DNA from: a virus
DNA: 64,000 bases
IMG/VR virus record: IMGVR_UViG_3300027969_000063
Coordinates: 32,001-96,000 of that record
Direction: 5' to 3' (one strand)
Below, in pieces: positions 58,501-64,000 of the stretch; the first letter of the stretch is position 1; the number at the start of each line of letters is the position of its first letter. The position numbers and the translations under genes are program-made. The notes below the pieces were generated by a model, which saw only the letters and a program-made list of their open reading frames with translations, was not told the origin of the DNA and did not search any database.

Positions 58501-60668
58501 ACTGGTGAAGATTTATTAACTGCTGTATTATCGCCTAATTGACCTATAGCGCCATTACCCCATGTCCATAAACCACCAGTAGTATCAATAGCAACTGCAG
58601 CTGATATGTTATAACTTATTTGACTCCATGTGCTTGGTATAGTAACAGTTGTTTGTACAGGAGTAGATTTATTAATTGTAGTACCATCACCTAATTGGCC
58701 GGTAGCATTATTACCCCAAGCAAACAATTTACCATCTGATGTAATACCGGTTGAGTGTGTACTACCAGCACTTACTGATGACCATGAACTGGATCCAATT
58801 TGTACAGGTGAAGATTTGTTTATTGTTGTACCATCACCTAAGTGACCGTTAGTATTTTGACCCCAAGTATATAAGGCACCGGTAGTGGTGATACCTGCTG
58901 TATGTGAAGCACCAGCTGATGCTACTGACCACGATGATGTACCAATTTTTACTGGTGAAGATTTGGCAACTGTAGTATTATCACCAATTTGACCGGTAGC
59001 ATTAGAACCCCACGCATATAAATTACCATTAATATCAGTAGCGGTAGTATGTATATCACCAGCAGATACAGATGACCAAGAAGAAGATCCAATTTTTACT
59101 GGTGAAGATTTTGAAACTATTGTGCCATCGCCTAATTGTCCTGAAGTACCAAAACCCCAAGCATATAAAGCACCAGTAGAATCAATAGCAACTATATGTG
59201 AATTGCCTGCAGATACAGATGACCATGAAGATGTACCAATTTTAACTGGTGAAGATTTTGAAACTACTGTATTATCACCCAATTGTCCTATGGAATTATT
59301 ACCCCAAGTATATAAGGCACCGGTAGTGGTGATACCTGCTGTAAATGTTCCATTTCTATTAGCTGAAAGTTGTTTCCAAGTAGGCGCTGAGATTATAGGA
59401 ATTAATACGGGTGACGATCTATTAGTTGTGGTGCCGTCACCAATTTGACCAGTAACATTATAACCCCATGCATATAAATTACCATTAATATCGGTAGCAG
59501 ATGTGTGATATTGTCCAGCACTTACTGTTGTCCATGAAGAAGAACCAATTTTAACGGGAGAAGATTTAGCAACGGTAGTATTATCACCTAAACCACCATA
59601 ATTATTATAACCCCAAGCATAGAGCGCACCAGTAGAATCAATGGCGGCCATATGTGAAAAACCGGCTGATACTATTGACCATGAGTTTGAACCAATTTTA
59701 ACAGGAGAAGATTTAGAAACTATTGTATTATCGCCTAATGCACCATAATTGGTGTTATTGCCCCATGTATACAAAGCACCATTAGTGGTGATACCTGCTG
59801 TAAATCCTGCTCCAATACTAGTTACAATTTGTTTGAAAGAAAAATTACCATTTGCAAAACCAATTTGTGTTGGTGTACTATAATATGGTTGACCCGTTAT
59901 GTAACCAACTTGACCCGCATCATTTTGACCCCAAGCCCATAGTCCGCCATTTGTTGTAATACCTGTTACATATTGACTTCCAGCACTTACAGATGTCCAT
60001 GAAGATGTACCAATTAATACCGGCGATGATTTATTAATTGTAGTACCATCACCTAATTGATTACTACTATTTAAACCCCATGTATACAAAACGCCAAGTG
60101 AATCAATTGCTGCTGTATAAGATTGTCCTGCACTCACTATACTCCAAGATTTATTTCCAAGTTGTGTTGGTGTTGATTTGTCAATTGTAGTACCATCACC
60201 TAATTGGCCATTATTATTAAGGCCCCATACAAACAAAGCACCATCAGTAGTACGAATGGCTGCAAAATGATTGCCAACACCTTGACCTCCTGTAATTGAT
60301 TTCCAAGGATACTCAACAGTTTTTGTTATTGATATTGCTACTGGTGAAGATTTGTTAATTGTAGTACCATCACCAATTTGATAAGCTGAATTATTACCCC
60401 ATGTGTATAATTTATTACCTGTTACAACACCAAAATTAGCATAACCAGATTCAAGTGCTGTAATACTTCCTAAAGGTATTGATGTTGGAGTGGATTTACT
60501 GACTGTTGTACCATCACCAAGTTCTCCGTTGCTAGCGTTACCTAATACATATAAAGTTTGAGCTGCATCTAATATAGCTGTAGTACCAGAGCTAGTTGTT
60601 GCTATTTTTGTAACAGTATTAGCAGTTGATAAAACTGGAACTTGTGTTGGAAATGAAGTAGTGGTCAT
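52563..60668 (-). CDS. giant RCC1/BLIP-II repeat beta-propeller protein (2701 aa, ~52 repeats), probable virion appendage
   Basis: Repeat consensus SSWxxVSAGxxHxxAIDxxGxLYxWGxNxxGQLGDGTTINKSSPVxIG. Confidence 0.88.
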   Translation of the reverse strand: MTTTSFPTQVPVLSTANTVTKIATTSSGTTAILDAAQTLYVLGNASNGELGDGTTVSKSTPTSIPLGSITALESGYANFGVVTGNKLYTWGNNSAYQIGDGTTINKSSPVAISITKTVEYPWKSITGGQGVGNHFAAIRTTDGALFVWGLNNNGQLGDGTTIDKSTPTQLGNKSWSIVSAGQSYTAAIDSLGVLYTWGLNSSNQLGDGTTINKSSPVLIGTSSWTSVSAGSQYVTGITTNGGLWAWGQNDAGQVGYITGQPYYSTPTQIGFANGNFSFKQIVTSIGAGFTAGITTNGALYTWGNNTNYGALGDNTIVSKSSPVKIGSNSWSIVSAGFSHMAAIDSTGALYAWGYNNYGGLGDNTTVAKSSPVKIGSSSWTTVSAGQYHTSATDINGNLYAWGYNVTGQIGDGTTTNRSSPVLIPIISAPTWKQLSANRNGTFTAGITTTGALYTWGNNSIGQLGDNTVVSKSSPVKIGTSSWSSVSAGNSHIVAIDSTGALYAWGFGTSGQLGDGTIVSKSSPVKIGSSSWSSVSAGDIHTTATDINGNLYAWGSNATGQIGDNTTVAKSSPVKIGTSSWSVASAGASHTAGITTTGALYTWGQNTNGHLGDGTTINKSSPVQIGSSSWSSVSAGSTHSTGITSDGKLFAWGNNATGQLGDGTTINKSTPVQTTVTIPSTWSQISYNISAAVAIDTTGGLWTWGNGAIGQLGDNTAVNKSSPVKIGSSSWSVVAAGVQVAFGITTAGALYAWGYNNVGQLGDGTTVTKSSPVQIGNNSWSTIAAGNQHAVAIDSTGALWTWGSGSFGALGDNTTVTKSSPVKIGSSSWTKVAAGSLNAWAIDITGALYAWGFGNVGQLGDNTSVTKSSPVKIGSSSWSVVTAGAGITIDGSLFTWSANASDTGYLGDGTTIAKSSPVKIGTSSWIAVVSNVGNGSIAAIDTTGALYTWGNNAGGILGDGTTVNKSSPVKIGTSSWSSIGAGGSTTAGITTTGVLFTWGLGTSGELGDNTVVSKSSPVFVLAPTNPIVSWTSVSAGGSHTAAISTANTLYVWGGNATGQLGDGTTINKTTAFKVGPTSNPSILSWTSVSAGGTHTAAVTTANTAYMWGLGTSGQLGDGTATSKSSPVFVTAYDPVLNVYSSWTVVTAGVSHTAAITTSGKLYTWGGNAAGQLGNGNTIDKLSAVQLGTSSWSAVSAGQAHTIASDSLKKLYAWGDNSLGQLGDGTTINKSSPVVTTPSIPGAWKQITGGPANFFLAIKNSDSSLWSWGDNQQGQLGDGTVTTRFSPVKIGSSSWLAIAAGTSYVTAIDTVGRLFAWGSGSNGQLGDGTTVNKSSPIQIGTSSWTKVSVGNNTAAIDINGRLFTWGANGFGNLGDGTLVAKSSPVQIGSSSWTSVSVGSYHTSAIDSTGALWAWGDNSFGEIGTDLGLNLSYVLPVKIQTSSVYYSSWNQVASGQYNQAIITSTGALYTWGYNPNGQLGDNTANNKSAPIKIGSSSWTRVSVKGLASAGIDINGRLYTWGQNTAGQLGDNTTVTKSSPVQIGTSSWAFVAAGVSYMAGITSSGAWYAWGNNTNGALGDGTIVAKSSPVLINSGSSFTIVSLGYNHTGGIDVNGGLWMTGTNSTGQLGNGNTTNQSFPIKIGSSSWTIISISGPSNTAGITKDGSLFTWGNNSNGELGDGTTINKSSPVKIGTSSWSKLAAGYDGHRAIDINGRLFAWGSNTYGQLGDGTTINQSSPVQIGTSSWSFIGSDIFGVIGITTSGNLYTWGYNLYGGLGDGTTINKSSPVFIGIGNNAAAIYSSWTTVSAGSGYVLGIDTTGSLYAWGQNNLGFLGDGTTSNRSVPIKIGSSSWSAISSGFSTSAGIATNGALYVWGYNAQGQLGDGTTINKSSPVQIGTSSWTKVFSMTSNVSAIDINGLLWNWGSINYFNILPSNLTSSPVVLGYPYDTTSNISFNFVSAGYSTSTAIDTLGSLWLWGYNPYGNLGGLSTASRSVPVQLSTTTSGYSSSSWSAVSASQYNTAAITTANNAYVWGYNNQGQLGDTSTVSKSSPVLVSVINEALNSYSSWSAVSADGSHTAAITTTGALYTWGANSSGNLGDGTTIGKSTPVKIGTSSWSIVSVGNYFTVGLTAAGQLHAWGSNNSGRLGDGTIVDKSSPVLIDVYPWTSVKAHYQNTTGVKNGYNYIWGDNQYGQLGDGTTIGKSQPIIITNSKPFTSWKLLRTGGALGPTSGGISDDGSLYTWGSNNDGMLGNGIAGNTFTERQTVPQLLFGNSWTILSVGINRHSAAIDTTGALYTWGYNVNGQLGDGTTIDKSSPVKIGTKSWSAVSAGYVNTIAIDTTGALYIWGTGLFGAFGDGTTINKSSPVKIGTSSWSSVYAGSYNNFAIDITGALYAWGDNSSGDLGDGTLINRSSPVKIGAEGSTTVSWTMVTAGHAITNTGRLFGWGGNSSGQIGDNTVISKSTPVTVVSGSSFSFINCNGNSSVAIDIAGRLFNWGNGGGVPSIVSNSASTGVPWKTAVTGGGGGVQYYLLLDNNNVSYGYGNNTYGQMGIGTTVSPASVTDRAAIINQSNIKNSKGLGWKSLSIGLSTAFGINLSDSLYAWGANTNNAFGFNTVPTSRSTPDIVNIAISNLNIIDVAIGNNTTIAITTDNETNSYLYAWGNNAVGQYGDGSTVTRSSPVLVAQLATGYTANLFSGGAGSNFRR

Positions 60669-60693
60669 ATTTTTTTATTTTATTAATATCTAA

Positions 60694-60701
60694 TATTTAT
60701 C
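60694..60701 (-). promoter_or_regulatory. late-promoter-like GATAAATA overlapping the upstream stop
   Basis: One mismatch to TATAAATA, ~26 nt before the ATG at 60668. Confidence 0.5.
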
Positions 60702-63700
60702 TAAGGTTTCCTAATTGGCCATTACTATCAAGACCCCATGTGTATAAAGTATTGGTACTGTCAATTGCTGCTGAATGTCCTTGTCCAGTTGCAACAGAAA
60801 TCCAATTTGATTTACCTACACTAATTTGAACAGGTGAAGATTTGTTAATTGTAGTACCATCACCCATTTGACCGGAACTATTAAGACCCCATGCAAATAA
60901 ACGACCACTTGAATCAACTGCTAATATTTGGCCAAAAGATGCACTTACTGATACCCATGAAGAATTGCCAACTTGTACCGGTGAAGATTTGTTAATTGTA
61001 GTACCATCACCTAAACTACCCCAAGTATTATCACCCCACATAAACAACCGACCTTGAATGTCAATACCTACCGTAGTTCTATTAGAAGAAGCTTGAACAA
61101 AAGCCCAAGAACTGTTGCCTATTTTATTAACCCATGAAGTTTTTGTTGTTACTGTACCATCACCTAATGCACCACTAAGTGCATCACCCCATGCATATAG
61201 AGCACCAGCCGTGGTAATACCTACTACATATCCACCAGGAGTAGCTCCTGTACGGCCTCCACCAACATCTACAATTGTCCAAGAAGATCCAGTTAGTGGT
61301 TGACCAGTGCTTGAACCAAAACCACCAGAAGTATTGTCACCTTTTTCACCGGTAACTGAATATCCTGTAAAGGTAGCAACACCATTGTTATTTAAAAGGA
61401 ATGTACTGCAATAAGCTGTTCCTCCAGCATTATTTGCAGAATTGGTGCCAACAAAACTAAATGATGATCCAGCATAACATAATACCGGTGAAGATGTGGA
61501 TGCTCCGGCACTAGCATTTGCTGGATTTCCTCGATCATTAAAACCCCATGCATATAAAGCACCTTGAGTAGTAATAGCTATACTAATAAAATGAGAGGCT
61601 TTTACAAATGTCCATGAAGAAGTACCAAGTTTTACTGGAGATGATTTAGAAACTATTGTATTATCACCTAATTGACCAGAAGTATTCAAGCCCCAAACCC
61701 ATAAACCACCAGTAGTATCAATAGCCATTGTATGAGAAGCACCAAGACTTATTTTTTTCCAAGTTGCAGATGTGTTATAAAAATTGGTAGTAACCAATGT
61801 TTTTTGCGGATTATTTACAAGCGGATTAGTTCCTAAACCTAATTGACTATTGGTATTATTTCCCCAACCATATAAACTACCGGATATTCCACGGCCATAG
61901 AAGAAGTTTCCTGTACCTGATGATATTAAATTAAATGAAGTATCTGCCACTACTGTATCTAAACCAATTTGTACGGGTGAAGATTTGCTAGTAGTGGTGA
62001 CATCACCTAATTGATAAGAACTAGCAAGACCCCATGTAAACAGTCGGCCATTAATATCAAGACCTAAATTATTATTATTTGAAAATGGATTACCATTTAC
62101 CACGGACCAAGATGATGAACCAATTTTTATTGGAACGGATCTACTAATTGTTGTACCATCACCTAATTGACCAGAAGCATTAACACCCCAAGCATACAAA
62201 GCACCAGTTGAATCAATAGCATTTGATAAACCAACATAAGACCAAGATGTAGTATTGTAAGAATATGGAACAGAATTAATTGTTTGAACATTTCTATTGG
62301 TTGTTGTGCCATCACCTAATTGGCCAGAAGTATTAAGACCCCAAGTATATACATTACCTGTAGTATTAATAGCTGCTGCATGAGTACTACCAGCACTTAC
62401 TGTAGTCCATGATAATGAACCAACTTGTACTGGTGATGATCTAGTTGCACCACCATCACCTAATTGACTAGTAGCACCATTACCCCAAGAATATAAACGA
62501 CCGAGTGTATTGAGAGCAAATGTACTATCAAGTCCAGCACTCACTACAGTCCAAGAATAATATGTTGAAAGAATGACAGTTGCACCAATTTGTACTGGAG
62601 AAGATTTATCAACAATAGTATTATCACCTAATTGGCCATAATTATTAACACCCCAAGCAAACAAACGACCAGTATTATCTATAGCAGAACTACCTTGGCC
62701 AGAAGATAATTTAGTCCACGATGAAGTACTAACTTGTACTGGTGATGATCTATTAGTGATTGTACCATCACCAAATGCGCCGCCAGCATTTGAACCCCAA
62801 GCCCATAAATTACCAATAGAATCAATAGCTGTGGTAGCATAGTTGCTAGTAACTACTTTTGTCCAAGCTCTTGTACCAATTTTTACCGGCGATGATTTAT
62901 TAATTGTTGTGCCATCACCCATAAAACCAGAAGCATTCCATCCCCAAGTATATAATGCACCAGTAGTATCGATAGCCGCTGTAGTAGAAAAACCTACTGA
63001 TATTAATATCCATGATGAAGTACCAATTTGTACCGGTGAGGATTTACCAGCTGAGGTGTTATCACCTAATTGGCCTAAGGAATTATTACCCCACATAAAC
63101 AAACGACCATTAATATCAATTGCTGCACCCCTTGAATCACCACAACTTACCATTGACCATGAACTCGTACCAATTTGTACTGGTGAAGATTTAGCAACTA
63201 AAGTACCATCACCTAATTGACCAACAGCGTTATCACCCCAAGCATATAAACGACCATTGGTATCGATAGCTAACACATTACTGTATCCAACACTTACTGC
63301 TGACCATGAACTTGTACCAATTTTAGCAGGTGAAGATTTAGAAACTCCGGCATTATCACCTAATTGTCCGCTAGCTGATGAACCCCAAGTCCACAAAGCA
63401 CCAGTAGAATCAATAGCTGCCGACATAGCATTAACAACACCAAATCCGCCGGCGCTTACTTTACTCCATGTGCGATATCCGGTTGGTGTATCCAAATTTG
63501 ATCCAATTTGTATTGGAGTGGATTTACTAATTGTAGTACCATCACCTAAATTACCAACTGAATTTTGACCCCATGCCCATAATGTTGAATCTTCAGCACG
63601 AATGGCTAAAGTATGAGAATTATTTAATCCTCTCGACACTTCACTCCATGTAGAAGATATTGTTGTTGAAGTATTTGCTTGTTGTATTATTACTGGTGAA

Positions 63701-64000
63701 GATTTACTAATTGTAGTACCATCACCTAGTTGGCCACTAGTATTTTGACCCCATGTAAACAAACGGCCAATAGTATTAATTGCAGTAGTATAAGAATTAC
63801 CAAGAGCTACGGATGACCACGAATCGGTTCCTATTTGTACAGGTGAAAATTTATTAATTGTGGTACCATCACCTAGTTGGCCAACATTATTTAAACCCCA
63901 AGCAAACAAAGCTCTTGCACTTGTAATAGCTGCTGTATGAGTACCACCAACAGCTACGGCTGACCATGAAGAATAAACATATGTTGTTTCATTATAAACA
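60697..64000 (-). CDS. giant RCC1-repeat protein, 5'-truncated by the window edge (21 repeats visible)
   Basis: Frame stays open from 63909 to the window end (...VYNETTYVYSSWSAVAVGGTHTAAITSARALFAWG). Confidence 0.88.
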   Translation of the reverse strand, partial: VYNETTYVYSSWSAVAVGGTHTAAITSARALFAWGLNNVGQLGDGTTINKFSPVQIGTDSWSSVALGNSYTTAINTIGRLFTWGQNTSGQLGDGTTISKSSPVIIQQANTSTTISSTWSEVSRGLNNSHTLAIRAEDSTLWAWGQNSVGNLGDGTTISKSTPIQIGSNLDTPTGYRTWSKVSAGGFGVVNAMSAAIDSTGALWTWGSSASGQLGDNAGVSKSSPAKIGTSSWSAVSVGYSNVLAIDTNGRLYAWGDNAVGQLGDGTLVAKSSPVQIGTSSWSMVSCGDSRGAAIDINGRLFMWGNNSLGQLGDNTSAGKSSPVQIGTSSWILISVGFSTTAAIDTTGALYTWGWNASGFMGDGTTINKSSPVKIGTRAWTKVVTSNYATTAIDSIGNLWAWGSNAGGAFGDGTITNRSSPVQVSTSSWTKLSSGQGSSAIDNTGRLFAWGVNNYGQLGDNTIVDKSSPVQIGATVILSTYYSWTVVSAGLDSTFALNTLGRLYSWGNGATSQLGDGGATRSSPVQVGSLSWTTVSAGSTHAAAINTTGNVYTWGLNTSGQLGDGTTTNRNVQTINSVPYSYNTTSWSYVGLSNAIDSTGALYAWGVNASGQLGDGTTISRSVPIKIGSSSWSVVNGNPFSNNNNLGLDINGRLFTWGLASSYQLGDVTTTSKSSPVQIGLDTVVADTSFNLISSGTGNFFYGRGISGSLYGWGNNTNSQLGLGTNPLVNNPQKTLVTTNFYNTSATWKKISLGASHTMAIDTTGGLWVWGLNTSGQLGDNTIVSKSSPVKLGTSSWTFVKASHFISIAITTQGALYAWGFNDRGNPANASAGASTSSPVLCYAGSSFSFVGTNSANNAGGTAYCSTFLLNNNGVATFTGYSVTGEKGDNTSGGFGSSTGQPLTGSSWTIVDVGGGRTGATPGGYVVGITTAGALYAWGDALSGALGDGTVTTKTSWVNKIGNSSWAFVQASSNRTTVGIDIQGRLFMWGDNTWGSLGDGTTINKSSPVQVGNSSWVSVSASFGQILAVDSSGRLFAWGLNSSGQMGDGTTINKSSPVQISVGKSNWISVATGQGHSAAIDSTNTLYTWGLDSNGQLGNLR

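Noticed and set aside
60669-60699. Programmed readthrough, frameshift or gene-60-style hop joining the two RCC1 genes
   Set aside because: The 28-nt gap is out of frame and the downstream frame has a TAA two codons before the ATG. The matching AGA landing codon leads straight to a stop, and the gap has its own late-promoter-like motif.
56533-63568. Plus-strand ORFs of 60-125 aa inside the RCC1 genes
   Set aside because: Antisense shadows of repetitive coding sequence with few stops.
52563-64000. CRISPR array or diversity-generating retroelement suggested by recurring DNA motifs (e.g. gtaccatcacctaattg)
   Set aside because: The repeats are degenerate at synonymous positions and follow the ~150-nt RCC1 protein period. 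No cas or reverse transcriptase gene and no adenine-specific TR/VR pair was seen.
1-64000. Stop-codon reassignment
   Set aside because: Core genes translate full-length in the standard code; TAA and TGA end many genes and TAG ends small ORFs.
1-64000. Impression that GGCC and CCGG are frequent for an AT-rich genome
   Set aside because: Cannot be quantified by eye; it needs a Markov-corrected tetranucleotide count before any claim is made.

Overview
This is a 64 kb segment of an AT-rich T4-like myophage genome, with almost all genes on the minus strand. Read from right to left (the direction of transcription), it begins with two giant RCC1-repeat proteins and a four-gene glycosyltransferase/methyltransferase block. 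Next is the T4 virion core (gp13-14-15, an inserted collagen-like protein, gp16-17-18-19-20-67-68-21-22-23-3), followed by uvsY-uvsW-gp55-gp47-gp46. An auxiliary region (peptide deformylase, a DruA/DUF4338-like gene, a GT-A protein, a dNTP diphosphohydrolase) leads into gp45-44-62-regA. Then come a transporter, hsp20 with a structured leader, a tRNA-Gly locus and groES, followed by gp43-uvsX-gp41. The left end holds a second DruA-like gene, a nuclease-like gene and a sugar-modification cluster. Three observations stand out. (1) A 67-nt tRNA-like RNA keeps every GlyRS identity element but has lost its ribosomal features; with the two DruA-like paralogs it may form a Gly-tRNA-dependent modification system (hypothesis). 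(2) The RCC1 repeats parse exactly into a nested, branched tree of 7-bladed propellers whose root appears split between two adjacent genes. (3) A multi-stem RNA plus a ROSE-like thermometer precedes hsp20. All functional calls come from motif recognition by eye; no searches were run.
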